A DNA stretch of 64,000 bases, from positions 4,064,001 through 4,128,000 of the forward strand of contig OZ242005.1 in assembly GCA_965204725.1 (NCBI GenBank), given 5' to 3'. The first letter of the stretch is position 1. The number at the start of each line of letters is the position of its first letter. This DNA is from Candidatus Latescibacterota bacterium (GTDB lineage: Bacteria > Latescibacterota > UBA2968 > UBA8231). Below, piece by piece: positions 1 through 9,929 of this stretch. The position numbers and the translations under genes are program-made. The notes beneath the pieces were generated by a model. It saw nothing but the letters and a program-made list of their open reading frames with translations, was not told the DNA's origin and made no database searches.

Positions 1-1
1 A

Positions 2-352
2 GGGGCGGCCCAAACCTTTGCCACGGCGAGCCAACTCGACACCTCCTTGGTCGAGCCTCCTTATATGCTCGGGTTGATCGCCGCCGAGCAGCACCAATTC
101 AAAGCAGCCGCACGATTTTTTGCCCGCGCCACCAGCCTCGCCCCCCAATACGCCAAAGCTCACTTCAACTTAGGGGTAGCCCATGCCCAGCTCGGGGACT
201 TTGCCGCGGCCCGCAGTGCGTACCAACGCTTTGTCGAGCTGGAGCCCGAAGATGGGCGCGGCCACCTCTACTTAGGCGATGCCTGCGAAGCACTCGGGCT
301 GCTCGCAGAGAGTCAAAAGCATCGAGCGCGCGGTCAGCAGCTTTTGGAATGA
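2..352 (+). CDS. Tetratricopeptide-repeat protein, C-terminal part (5' truncated by window edge)
   Basis: Frame is open from position 2; TPR consensus segments such as AKAHFNLGVAHAQLGDFAAARSAYQRFVELEP. Confidence 0.8.
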   Translation, partial: GAAQTFATASQLDTSLVEPPYMLGLIAAEQHQFKAAARFFARATSLAPQYAKAHFNLGVAHAQLGDFAAARSAYQRFVELEPEDGRGHLYLGDACEALGLLAESQKHRARGQQLLE

Positions 353-374
353 GACGAGCGCTAATTAATAGATA

Positions 375-452
375 GGTACACGACACCTGCTTTAAGTACG
401 CCTTTTCTGCTGCTCCCGCTGCGTCCGGGATCGAGGGCGTCCCGCCCTCGAT
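375..452 (-). repeat. REP-like palindromic intergenic repeat (family B)
   Basis: Close to the reverse complement of 20929-21005; core hairpin TCGAGGGCGTCCCGCCCTCGA. Confidence 0.7.
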
Positions 453-663
453 CTTTGGAAGGCTGACCGCTGGTGTCGTGTAGTAGCCAGTCTTGAGCTG
501 GTCCGCCCCCTACCGCGAATACGAACAATCAGACGTATCATCGGCGCGGCGGCAACTCCGCTCCCCAGAGGGTGCGGTTCCCGTCGGCAATCCACTGACC
601 GATCCGGACCCGGCCAATAGCGTAGTCGGGGAGTCGGACGATCGCGACACACTGATCGGCGAC

Positions 664-2565
664 CTACACACGCGCTGTACGATCGAGCCAGTCGAAATGG
701 AAGTCGAGGTTGTCAAAGCCGAACCGCCTGCGATGGGCTGGCAGGTCGGCCGGATCGACGGGAACGACGTGCAAAGTGAACTTCGCCTGCACGTCCGCCG
801 GGGCGCACGGCTTTTTGAAGTAGGTCAGCTTGCGTCCATTGCGGTACACGTCCCAGCCGGAGCGAACCACCCGCTCGCCCGCCCATTCGAGGAGTTGCCG
901 CACGTAGCGTTCCTGATAGCGTTCTTTCTGGGCGCGAAGCCTCGCCTCGTCAAACGGTTCGACCGCGGCCACGACCGTTACGCGAAATACCACGCCTTCG
1001 GGCGACTCGGCCACCGGCTCCACGCCGGGCAGGAAGCGAATGTCGAGGTCGTTGTAGTCATAAAGTCCAGACAGATAGTCGTCTTTGAACCAGACGATAT
1101 GTACTTCGTCGTCGTCCCGTTTGATCCACCGTTCCGCATACCGCGTCCAATCGCGTATCTCATTTGGAAGTTTGTTAATGGCGACGGTCCGACCGGCAAA
1201 CCAGACGAGGAACGGGTTGTTGCTGTAAATCCTGCCCTCAATGCGGTTGTCCCGGAGGTAATTCAGGGTCGCGGACTGTTGCCAATCGGCGGTGTTGTAC
1301 GCCCCGTCCTCTTGGTAGCCGGGTTCCAGTGCTTTGGCAGTGAGACGGAGGTTCCGGTGCGCCGAGAAGCCGGTGTGGGCAAAGACGCCCAGCAAGACGA
1401 GGGACGCCAGACCCCACTTGGCCGCCCCGCCCACCCGGCCCGCAACCTTGATGGACAGGAACCGATCCAGCAGCAACATTGCCGCCAACAGCAACGGCAC
1501 GTACACCGGCAGCAGGTAGCGGGCGGGGATTTCACGATTAACTGTGAAGGGCACAGCCGCGACTATGAATACGAGATAGGCCACGACGAATACCCCGAAT
1601 GGGAGCGCTGGCCCCAACCCGAAGGACGGCGTACCGCGACCCGACAGAACGACAACCACCACCATCGCCACAACAACCAGCCCGGTCGCTGCCCACAGGA
1701 GAGAACTGAACCAGTCCGGTGTGCTCAGCCCGGTCGTCCTCCACAGGAGATAAGCAAACCATTCCACCGCATCCCAGGGCATCACCCACGCCCGGAATAC
1801 ATCCGCCACTCGGCTCAGCCCATCGAACAGGGACTCCCCCGACCCGCTTCTCGGCCCAGTCAGGGTCCCGGAGATCGCCCAGTTGTGCGTTAGCACCCCC
1901 GCGAGAGGCAAGGATGAGACCGCCCCAAATACGATGGCGTCTTTCAACCGGGCGGCCAGCGGCGGGGCGCGACGTACCAGCAGCATGAGGATGCCGACGC
2001 CGATCAGCACCACGCCCGGATAACGGGTCAGCGCGGTCAGCGCGGTGAAAACCGCCGCCCACCACAGGGATGTCCTCACGCCGCGATGGAGGAAGGCCGC
2101 CAACCGGATCAAGGCGAGGATCGTCAACAGGACGAAGAGGGAGTCGGTCAAGAAGTTTGACGCGAAATCGCTCAAGGGCAGGGCAGCCAAGACAGCTAGG
2201 CTGGCGGCTAGGGCCAGCCCCCGCGACCGGAGATTCGAGTGTAGATACAGGCCGGCCGCCAAGATGGTCAACCCGAAGGCGGTGGCATTGACCAGCCGAC
2301 CTGCGGTCAGCGGATCGATGCCGACCCAACCGAGGGCCGCTAGCAGCAGGGGGAACAAGGGCGGCCAGCTCACCGGCGACCAGCCCGTGAAATCTCGCCA
2401 GCCCTCGCCCGCGAGGAAGTTTAGGGCCGTAGAAAGGAAAATCGTGGAATCCGTGCTGACCGTGGCGCCGTAGGTGGCGGTGCGGACGAGAATGTGCGCT
2501 GTCCCCAGCCCAGCGAGAACGACGATGATCAGGGCAAAGGGATCGCGCCCGAACCGGGCGATCAC
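664..2565 (-). CDS. GT-C (ArnT/PMT, GT39/83-like) multi-pass membrane glycosyltransferase, paralog 2; premature in-frame TAG at 664-666, homologous frame continues to TGA at 538-540
   Basis: Many TM helices; DSTIFLS, WPPLFPLLLA and LTRYPG motifs; GTG start at 2565 overlaps the upstream TGA (GTGA); the reading past the TAG matches the paralog's C-terminus (DQC.AI..LPDYAIGR..IGQWI). Confidence 0.75.
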   Translation of the reverse strand: MIARFGRDPFALIIVVLAGLGTAHILVRTATYGATVSTDSTIFLSTALNFLAGEGWRDFTGWSPVSWPPLFPLLLAALGWVGIDPLTAGRLVNATAFGLTILAAGLYLHSNLRSRGLALAASLAVLAALPLSDFASNFLTDSLFVLLTILALIRLAAFLHRGVRTSLWWAAVFTALTALTRYPGVVLIGVGILMLLVRRAPPLAARLKDAIVFGAVSSLPLAGVLTHNWAISGTLTGPRSGSGESLFDGLSRVADVFRAWVMPWDAVEWFAYLLWRTTGLSTPDWFSSLLWAATGLVVVAMVVVVVLSGRGTPSFGLGPALPFGVFVVAYLVFIVAAVPFTVNREIPARYLLPVYVPLLLAAMLLLDRFLSIKVAGRVGGAAKWGLASLVLLGVFAHTGFSAHRNLRLTAKALEPGYQEDGAYNTADWQQSATLNYLRDNRIEGRIYSNNPFLVWFAGRTVAINKLPNEIRDWTRYAERWIKRDDDEVHIVWFKDDYLSGLYDYNDLDIRFLPGVEPVAESPEGVVFRVTVVAAVEPFDEARLRAQKERYQERYVRQLLEWAGERVVRSGWDVYRNGRKLTYFKKPCAPADVQAKFTLHVVPVDPADLPAHRRRFGFDNLDFHFDWLDRTARV

Positions 2566-2861
2566 CGGCCCGCCGGAAACTCTGCTTCCCATAGGGTGCG
2601 GTCCTCTTTGGCAATCCACTGGCCGATATGGATGCGGCCGATGGCGTAGTCGGGGAGTTGGGCGATAGCGATACACTGGTCGCCGCGGCGGAAGCCGACC
2701 CACTCGAAATAGAAGTCGAGATTTTCAGAATCGTACTGTTGGCAATGGACTGGCAGGTCGGCTGGATCGACCGGAACGACGTGCAAAATGAACTTCGCCT
2801 GCACATCCGCAGGGGCGCACGGTTCTTTGAGGTAGATCAGCTTGCGTCCGTTACGGTACAT
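2562..2861 (-). CDS. Detached C-terminal soluble domain of GT-C paralog 1 (frameshift product)
   Basis: YRNGRKL.Y.K.PCAPADVQAKF.LHVVPVDPADLP is nearly identical to the in-frame tail of paralog 2. Confidence 0.65.
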   Translation of the reverse strand: MYRNGRKLIYLKEPCAPADVQAKFILHVVPVDPADLPVHCQQYDSENLDFYFEWVGFRRGDQCIAIAQLPDYAIGRIHIGQWIAKEDRTLWEAEFPAGR

Positions 2862-4581
2862 AGCCGGCGCGGATCACCGGCTCGCCCGCCTGTTCGATGA
2901 GTTGGTCCACGTAGCGTTGTTTCCGGGCGCGATGCCAGTCCACATCGAAGGGTTCGAGGGCCGTTACGCGGAATACCACGCCGTCGACCAACTCGGCCAC
3001 AGGTTCCACCCCGGGCAGTAAGCGGATGTCGGAGTGGTCGAAGTCGTAAATAGACTTTTTGCCCCGGAGCCATACGATATACGGGGTGTCGTCATCGGTC
3101 GCCTCCAGTATGTACGACGTCATACGGTGAATCTCGGTCGGGAGAGACCGGTGCTTTCCCGGGGCCGCGGTCCGATCCCAAAACCAAGCAAGGGCGGAGT
3201 GGTTGCTGTAGATCCGGTCATCGTTACTAAAATTGGTCTTGGTGTAATTCAGGGTCTCGGAGGATTCCCAGTGGGAGCCATTGGATGTCCAGCTTAAAAA
3301 ACCGTCTCTCCATGCTTGGCGGGTAATATGGAGATTCCTGTGCGTCGAGAAGCCAATGTGGGCGAGGAACCCCAGCAAGACAAGGGACGCTAGCCCGTAC
3401 TGAGCGGCCACCATCCAGCCCGCCGCCTCAATGGACAGGAACCGATCCAGCAAGAACACCGCCGCCAACAACAGCGGCACATACACCGGCAGCAGATAGC
3501 GGGCGGGGATCTGAGACTGGATCACGAGAGGCACGATGGCGACTATGAATAGAAGGTAGGCTACGGCGAACCCCCCGAATGGGATAACCGGCCCCAACCC
3601 GCAGAGCGGCGACGCCGGCCGATCCTTCCCACCTGATCTTAAGCCGAGACCCGACCCCACGACGACCGCCCCCGCTGCCACCACCAGCCCGGCCGCGGTC
3701 CACAGGAGATAATCAAACCCGTCCGGCGCATTCGGGGGAATCACCCACGCCCGGCATACATCGGCCACTCGGCTCAGCACATCGGACAGGGACTGCCCCG
3801 ACTCTTTTCTGTACCCAGTCAGGGTTCCCGAGATCGCCCAGTTGTACGTCAGCACCCCCGCGAGGGGCGCGGATGAGACCGCCCCAAATACGACGGCGTC
3901 TTTCAACCGGGCGGCCAGCGGCAGGGTGCGTCCCATCAGCAGCAGCAGGACGCCGATGCCGATCAGGATCACGCCCGGATAGCGGGTCAGCGCGGCCAGT
4001 GCGGCAAAAACCGCGCCTAACAGCAGGGGTGTCCGCCCGCCGCGGTTGAAGAAGGCCGCCAACTGGATCAAGGCGAGGAGGGTGAATAAGACAAAGAGGG
4101 CGTCGGTCAAGAAGTAGGACGCGAACTCGCTCAAGGGCAGGGAGGCCGTGATGATCGCGGTGGCGGCCAGCGCCAACCCCCGCGACCGGAGATTGGAGCG
4201 CAGCCAGCATCCCGCGGCGAGGATGGTCAGCCCGAAGGCCGCGGCGTTGAGCAACCGACCCGCTTCCAGCGGATCGATGCCGACCCAACCGCTAGCCGCC
4301 AGCAACAGGGGGAACAAGGGCGGCCAGCCCGCCATCGACCCACCCCTGAAATCCCGCCAGCCCTCTCCTGCGAGGAAGTTTAGGGCCGTGGACAGAAGAA
4401 ACGTCGAGTCGTAGGTGACTGCCGCGCCGTAGGTGGCGGTGCGGACGAGGATGTGGGCGGTGCCCAAGATGGCGAGGACGACGATGAGCAGCGCGAAGGG
4501 ATCGCGCACTAACCGGGCCGTTCTCTCAAGGGCGGTGTGCGCCCACGCTGCCTTCATCCGACCCTTCTTGAAACGCGCCAC
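2851..4581 (-). CDS. GT-C membrane glycosyltransferase, paralog 1 (frameshifted near 2860; start may be ATG 4557)
   Basis: Highly similar to 664-2565; GGCTATGTACCG versus paralog GGCTGGGACGTGTACCG, i.e. 5 nt shorter. Confidence 0.75.
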   Translation of the reverse strand: MARFKKGRMKAAWAHTALERTARLVRDPFALLIVVLAILGTAHILVRTATYGAAVTYDSTFLLSTALNFLAGEGWRDFRGGSMAGWPPLFPLLLAASGWVGIDPLEAGRLLNAAAFGLTILAAGCWLRSNLRSRGLALAATAIITASLPLSEFASYFLTDALFVLFTLLALIQLAAFFNRGGRTPLLLGAVFAALAALTRYPGVILIGIGVLLLLMGRTLPLAARLKDAVVFGAVSSAPLAGVLTYNWAISGTLTGYRKESGQSLSDVLSRVADVCRAWVIPPNAPDGFDYLLWTAAGLVVAAGAVVVGSGLGLRSGGKDRPASPLCGLGPVIPFGGFAVAYLLFIVAIVPLVIQSQIPARYLLPVYVPLLLAAVFLLDRFLSIEAAGWMVAAQYGLASLVLLGFLAHIGFSTHRNLHITRQAWRDGFLSWTSNGSHWESSETLNYTKTNFSNDDRIYSNHSALAWFWDRTAAPGKHRSLPTEIHRMTSYILEATDDDTPYIVWLRGKKSIYDFDHSDIRLLPGVEPVAELVDGVVFRVTALEPFDVDWHRARKQRYVDQLIEQAGEPVIRAGYVP

Positions 4582-4633
4582 CGGCTACGTTGTCTATCGC
4601 GGAGTTCGGTTTGTAAAACGCTAGCACCATTGG

Positions 4634-7222
4634 TTAATAGGCCACGACTAGGGTGCGGACCAACTCTTCCCGACCTAGCTCCGCACCCGACGTATTGGCG
4701 TCCAGCCGCAGATGAATTGCGTACACCCCCGGCGGCACGAGCGTTCCCTCTTCGGTCTTTCCGTTCCATCCCATTTCGTACACCCCCGAGGCAAAATCTC
4801 GCTGCTCGGCCAGTTGGCGCACCCAGCGTCCCGCCAAATCGTAGATGGTTGCTTCAACCCGCTGACTGCCTTCCACCAACACCACTGAAAAGCGCAACGC
4901 CACCTCGTCGTTGACCCCATCCCCATTCGGCGTCAACACCGCTGGCTCGATCACTAAATCCGCAAAAACCGAGCGCTGTTGCGGCTGCCCCACCACCAAC
5001 AGCCGATTGCGGCCGACGGCCTCCACCGCTTCCCCGCGATCGACGCGCTGCCAGATCCCCTCCCCATCTTCTCCTTGGCGCAGTTGCACCTTTAGCGGCC
5101 CCCCCCGGGAAAACAGACGCCCCGCAAAGTCTATCCGCAGCACCGCTACTTCGCTCTCCGGCCCCAACCGGGCGAAGGACAAATGCACTCGGTCGGCGGT
5201 AGCGGCCAGCACGGCCGCGGCCAACGGAGAAAAATGCTCCCCATCCGCGCTCCCCAACAACTCGTTATACGTCAGTTCCATGCCCGCCGGTGCTTCTAAC
5301 AACAACTCGTTGAACCCCCCATCCCCGGCGTCAAACTCAGGCCGCACATACACTGAAAAAGGCACCTCGGCCCCCAACCGATCCACCTGACTGGGCACGA
5401 CCTCGCCCAAGAGCCGCCGCGCCACCGGCTCGGCGAAGTGTAGCCGCAGCCCCGACAAACTCGCCGCTACATCCGGTGCGGCCGAGCGCAACGTCGCCCG
5501 CACCTTGAGAAACTCCCGCGGCGACGGCGAAGTGATCGGACTGCCTCCCGGATCGCTGTAGGGCGCACTCCACGGCTCCCAGTCTGCGCCAGCGACTTCC
5601 TCGGACACCACCTCGCCGCGAAAAATGCTCAACAGCTTGTTGTAAGCCGTTTCGGAGATTTCGGTTCCATCCTTTTTGAAGTAGTGCAAGATCTCGCCCA
5701 AGGTGTCGCCGGTGCGGGTCTGAAGCTGTACCTCGGTGCCGGGCGGCGTGTGAGCGTCCCACTCAAGGGCTACCAAGTTGCGGCTGCCCCCCAACCGGAT
5801 CAGGTCCGATTCGAGCTGCACCTCGGGCAAAAACCCCTCGCCAAAAAGTTGTATCTCGCTCAACCGGCTAGCACTCCGGTTGGGAAGGCGCACGTGTTCT
5901 ACTTCAAATACCAAGCGAAAAAAACGCCCCTTTACCGGGTCGAAGTCATTGCCATCCACGTTGAGGGCACCGGCGACGCTCCGCTTTACTTGCTCGCGCC
6001 GCATGGCCGTAGTCCACTTGAGGCCCCCATCTACTTCCCGCGAACCATCCGAAAACTCCAAGCGATAGTTCCCCAAGGCGTACTCCGTGAAACTCATGCG
6101 GTGGCTGTGGATCCAAAAGAACGAGCCTAAGTCGATGAACAACTCGTCCTCTAACCGATTCTCAATGTTGAATAGGGACAGCCCCTCTACGCTGGTCACG
6201 TCGCCGTCAATCATCAACTGGGGATTGATGCTCCCGGGCACCGTAGTAGAAATGGAGCCATTGCGCCGCAGGGCACCACTGGCCAAGTCGTCGCCTTGGG
6301 TCCACACTTCGAGCTCGGCCAACCGGGGCCGCTCGCGCCGAAAGTAGCGCACCGTCCCCTGCCGCTGGGGATCGAGAGCCTCGTACACGGCCCGTTTGAC
6401 CACGATCTCCCGCCCGTCCGCTTGCCGCTTGCTGTATTCGACGATTCCTCGGTCTTCAGCGGGCAGCTGGTCGTATTCCGCTGGGGATACTTCTCGGCCG
6501 CGACCAAAATCGCTGGCTTGGACGACAACTTGGACCAAGCGTCCCACGGCCCGGCGTTGGTCGAGCCCTATCGGGTCGAGCTCGACCTCAAAGGTGCGCT
6601 GGCTTTTGTTGGGCTTTAGCGTCTGGAGCACCGGAAAGAATTCGAGGCTCGACCCGCCAATGGCCTGTACAGGCTTCTGTCCATCCGACACTAGGACATC
6701 AAACAAGAGAAAGGGATCGCCCATGCCCTCCGCGACGAACTTTAACGCGATTTTGTTGATAAAGACAACGCGGCCCAAATCCACAGTAAACCACCACTGA
6801 GACGACAGATCTACATTCTCAGCAACCGGATCAGGCTCCCAGTACGTGGTCAAGTCGCCATCTAGGACTGCGACGACTCCGGCGCGGTTGGACCCGCCCT
6901 GAATGGCGTCGAGGAGAGCGATGTCTTCAGGCTCTTTCTTGGAGAGGTAATCTGGCGGGTTATAGCGCAGAAAATCAACGATATCCAGCGCGGCATTGGT
7001 GTTTTTGCGGACGCGATTGGGCCGCACCGCACCGAGCGAGGAAACCTCGATAGTACCGGGCGCAAATTCCCAGTGTTGCCAATGGTCGGGACCGACGACG
7101 ACTTGGTTCGCACGGCGGTCGAGCCGATGGCCTGCTTGAGCCAGCAAATCCTCGGCCCCATTGGACCAAAGCACTGCGCTGGCCACCACGAGACGCGAGA
7201 GGAGTTTCGGGCGGATATTCAT
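4634..7222 (-). CDS. Large secreted protein with discoidin/F5-8-like modules and a C-terminal FlgD-Ig/CTD-type domain
   Basis: Signal peptide from ATG 7222 (MNIRPKLLSRLVVASAVL); DGDLTTYW and VDLG motifs; C-terminal TPNGDGVND...IYDLAGR.VR...WNGK...VPPGVY. Confidence 0.7.
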   Translation of the reverse strand: MNIRPKLLSRLVVASAVLWSNGAEDLLAQAGHRLDRRANQVVVGPDHWQHWEFAPGTIEVSSLGAVRPNRVRKNTNAALDIVDFLRYNPPDYLSKKEPEDIALLDAIQGGSNRAGVVAVLDGDLTTYWEPDPVAENVDLSSQWWFTVDLGRVVFINKIALKFVAEGMGDPFLLFDVLVSDGQKPVQAIGGSSLEFFPVLQTLKPNKSQRTFEVELDPIGLDQRRAVGRLVQVVVQASDFGRGREVSPAEYDQLPAEDRGIVEYSKRQADGREIVVKRAVYEALDPQRQGTVRYFRRERPRLAELEVWTQGDDLASGALRRNGSISTTVPGSINPQLMIDGDVTSVEGLSLFNIENRLEDELFIDLGSFFWIHSHRMSFTEYALGNYRLEFSDGSREVDGGLKWTTAMRREQVKRSVAGALNVDGNDFDPVKGRFFRLVFEVEHVRLPNRSASRLSEIQLFGEGFLPEVQLESDLIRLGGSRNLVALEWDAHTPPGTEVQLQTRTGDTLGEILHYFKKDGTEISETAYNKLLSIFRGEVVSEEVAGADWEPWSAPYSDPGGSPITSPSPREFLKVRATLRSAAPDVAASLSGLRLHFAEPVARRLLGEVVPSQVDRLGAEVPFSVYVRPEFDAGDGGFNELLLEAPAGMELTYNELLGSADGEHFSPLAAAVLAATADRVHLSFARLGPESEVAVLRIDFAGRLFSRGGPLKVQLRQGEDGEGIWQRVDRGEAVEAVGRNRLLVVGQPQQRSVFADLVIEPAVLTPNGDGVNDEVALRFSVVLVEGSQRVEATIYDLAGRWVRQLAEQRDFASGVYEMGWNGKTEEGTLVPPGVYAIHLRLDANTSGAELGREELVRTLVVAY

Positions 7223-7310
7223 CGGCGGCACCTTGCGGGGGAATCTAACGCCCCTTTGGCCGAGGAACAACATTTGCCTATCCTTACGGCAACTTTGAGA
7301 AAGGGACGCT

Positions 7311-8678
7311 ATGCGACTGAATTGGCGCGAAATCGACCGGTGGATTTTTGGCGAGGCTTGGACCGGCTCGCAAATCAACGAGCACGTGGAGATGTTGTGC
7401 GAGCAAATTGGGCCGCGCTGGGCTTCTTCAGCCGAGGAGCACCAAGCGGTAAAATACCTGCGGGAGCAGTTTGCACAGGCGGGACTCGCCGATGCGGCAC
7501 TGGAGGAGTTTGCGCTGGATACTTGGGCGTACAACCGGGCCGAGGCCACGGTGGGGGATGCAAAAATTGACCTCTTGCCCTACAATCGCTGTCCACCATG
7601 CGACCTCCAAGCCCCAATCGTCCATGCAGGCTATGGTACGGAGCACGAAATCGACCGAGTGCGCGGCCAACTCAAAGGGAGTATCGCCGTAATGTACCTC
7701 GCGCTGGAGCCTTTTACCGCGCCTTCTCCACCCAACGTGCGGCTCGAAGCACTAGGCGACGCGGGCGCGCTGGCGGTGATCGCGATTGATCCAAAAGACG
7801 GGCGGCGCGTGGAGTACCACAACGGCGGCGATTGGCGCGAGCCGGAGACCGCCGAGTTGACCCTGCCCACGGTGACGACCTCGCGGGAACACGGAGCCTT
7901 GTTGCAAAAGTGGGCCAACGAGGACCGGCAACTCAAGCTGGCCGTCGAGAGCCGGTTTTACCAAGCATCCGCGCACAATGTGGTCGCCTCGATTCCCGGG
8001 ACGCGCTGGCCTCGGGAGCGGCTGGTGTTGGGCGGGCATCACGACACGGTGTACGACGCCCCGGGGGGCAACGACAACGCCTCGGGGACCATTGCGGTGC
8101 TGGAGACGGCGCGCGTATTGGCCGGGCTACAATCGGCGCTCGGGGTCGAGCCGGGGATGAGCCTGTGCTTTGCGACGTATAGCGCCGAGGAGCAGACCTT
8201 CCAAGGGTCGAGCGAATACGTGCGGCAACACTGCGCCGAAAAGCCGCGGCTGGCGATTAACCTCGACGAGTTATCGACCGGGCCGATCAAGGGGGTGGTG
8301 CTGGGGTTTGGGCATTTGCGCGGCTTGGTACAGGCTCAGCTCGATGCGATGGGCGATGGGCTGAAGTGCCACGTAATGTCCCAACTCGACGCGACTTCAG
8401 ACCATTTCCCCTTTTTGCGCGCCGGCATTGACGCGGCGCATTTGTGGCGCTGGCGCTTTAGCGGCCGCCATGCCGATTCCAACTACCACCACGAGCCAGC
8501 CGACACCGCCGACAAGCTCAATGTGCGAGAATTAAAAGAATACGTCGGGCAGCTAGCGCGCTTGTTGTTGCGGCTGTCGCACGTGGCACCCGAGGAGTGG
8601 CCGGAGAATCCGGTGACCGAGGAGGCCGTAGCCGAGCGGCTTGCGGCCGAGCGGGGGACTGTGGTGCGGGTGTATTAG
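7311..8678 (+). CDS. M28 family Zn peptidase with PA domain
   Basis: GGHHDT, GGNDNASG, AEEQ, SDHFPF and YHH..DT motifs. Confidence 0.9.
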   Translation: MRLNWREIDRWIFGEAWTGSQINEHVEMLCEQIGPRWASSAEEHQAVKYLREQFAQAGLADAALEEFALDTWAYNRAEATVGDAKIDLLPYNRCPPCDLQAPIVHAGYGTEHEIDRVRGQLKGSIAVMYLALEPFTAPSPPNVRLEALGDAGALAVIAIDPKDGRRVEYHNGGDWREPETAELTLPTVTTSREHGALLQKWANEDRQLKLAVESRFYQASAHNVVASIPGTRWPRERLVLGGHHDTVYDAPGGNDNASGTIAVLETARVLAGLQSALGVEPGMSLCFATYSAEEQTFQGSSEYVRQHCAEKPRLAINLDELSTGPIKGVVLGFGHLRGLVQAQLDAMGDGLKCHVMSQLDATSDHFPFLRAGIDAAHLWRWRFSGRHADSNYHHEPADTADKLNVRELKEYVGQLARLLLRLSHVAPEEWPENPVTEEAVAERLAAERGTVVRVY

Positions 8679-8780
8679 AAGCGGTCTGAAAATTCCCCTT
8701 GGGCCGTGTTGAACAAGCCGTAGAGACGGTCTGCGTCCTTCCCTCGCAAGAACGTCACCCCGTGCCCCGACACGGGGCGG
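8676..8780 (+). repeat. Left arm of MITE family A plus nested REP hairpin
   Basis: TAGAAGCGGTCTGAAAA...GTTGAACAAGCCGTAGAGAC matches the reverse complement of about 12465-12517. Confidence 0.7.
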
Positions 8781-8875
8781 CAACCCATGAAAGCGTCCTG
8801 CCCCAACACCTGAAATGTTCTTGCGCGGGCAGGACGGCTTAAACGGGTTCGGATAGAACGCTATTACGCGGCGTC

Positions 8876-9154
8876 CTACTCGGCTTGGTCTAACAGGCGC
8901 CTAAAGGCGTCAAGACTGGGCACCTGTATGGCCGCCCGATGCAACTGCTTGAGACGCTGCACATCGTCGGTGGCCCCAATGCGGGCGGCCAACGGGTCCG
9001 ACGCAGCCAGCCCAAAGCGAATCTCTAGCACCTCAAGCAGACCTTCCGTGGCGAGTTCTCGGCCCCCTCGCTCAATGCCCTGCTCAATGCCCTGCTTAAT
9101 CCCCTGTTCAATGCCCTTTTCCGTGAAATACTGCACTACCGACGATTCGTACAT
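8876..9154 (-). CDS. Putative intragenic RpnS small protein (92 aa), in frame within rpn
   Basis: GAGGAGGAGACC-ATG Shine-Dalgarno and start at 9154, just before the GIEQ repeats. Confidence 0.55.
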   Translation of the reverse strand: MYESSVVQYFTEKGIEQGIKQGIEQGIERGGRELATEGLLEVLEIRFGLAASDPLAARIGATDDVQRLKQLHRAAIQVPSLDAFRRLLDQAE

Positions 9155-9787
9155 GGTCTCCTCCTCAATGATGGTCATAATCGTCTCTAAGTTATATACC
9201 AACCCACTTAACATCGCAAGATCGGCCAGATAGTTCGCCTTGCGTCTCTCGTCCATCGGCACCTGTTGCGCTCGGTTGACACACTGGCGCAACCACCCCT
9301 CGGCATCGACGCCCACGGGCGGCTGCATCAACGGCGCAAACGGCAGCAAGCCCGAAGGTCCGGCGGCGAGAATGCGTTGGCCGTCTATCTCGATTAGCCG
9401 GATGACCTTGTATTGGACTAAGACGCGGTAGCCGGGACGCTCTTGGACGTAGTAACCCGGGTCATTTCGGCCAGCGTCTGGACGGAGATAGATGACGTTG
9501 GAATAGATCGGCCGGCGATGTTGCTCGATGCCGCGTCCGATGTAGCCGGCCATGCGGAGGGGCATGGGGGGGTTGCTGTCGGTGGTTTGGAACTCGTGGT
9601 GGATCAATGCCTTCTGGTCGCCAATTTTGACGCGAATGAGGCTGTCGGTGCGATGAGTTTCGACAGTGGTTTGCTCGGTATCGACGACGCCGAGGACTTG
9701 GATGTCGTCTTGTTGGAGGGCGAAGCGGGCGAAGTCTGCCGGGTAAGTGTGGATGAGGTGTTTGGCGATGGTGTCGAATTCGGCCAT
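8876..9787 (-). CDS. Rpn/YhgA-like PD-(D/E)XK recombination-promoting nuclease (putative transposase family)
   Basis: RTDSL...HHEFQT...MPLRM..Y catalytic pattern; GIEQ repeats; short helical C-terminal domain; ATG 9787. Confidence 0.85.
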   Translation of the reverse strand: MAEFDTIAKHLIHTYPADFARFALQQDDIQVLGVVDTEQTTVETHRTDSLIRVKIGDQKALIHHEFQTTDSNPPMPLRMAGYIGRGIEQHRRPIYSNVIYLRPDAGRNDPGYYVQERPGYRVLVQYKVIRLIEIDGQRILAAGPSGLLPFAPLMQPPVGVDAEGWLRQCVNRAQQVPMDERRKANYLADLAMLSGLVYNLETIMTIIEEETMYESSVVQYFTEKGIEQGIKQGIEQGIERGGRELATEGLLEVLEIRFGLAASDPLAARIGATDDVQRLKQLHRAAIQVPSLDAFRRLLDQAE

Positions 9788-9929
9788 GGGTCCTGCCTTG
9801 GTTGCGGGTGAGAGGGTATCCACAACTGGCAAAAACCGTGCCGGGGGGGCGGCTCATAGGGAAGGGCGGGGGATCGGCGGCGTGGGGGTGTGGCGAAAAG
9901 GGGACAGGTGTGGGGCGTTGGGGGAAAAA

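Noticed and set aside
493-1893. 466-aa plus-strand ORF, and other long ORFs such as 1538-2806, 21948-23144, 51226-52533 and 59852-60904
   Set aside because: Antisense or alternate-frame shadows of well-supported genes in GC-rich DNA; no recognisable motifs.
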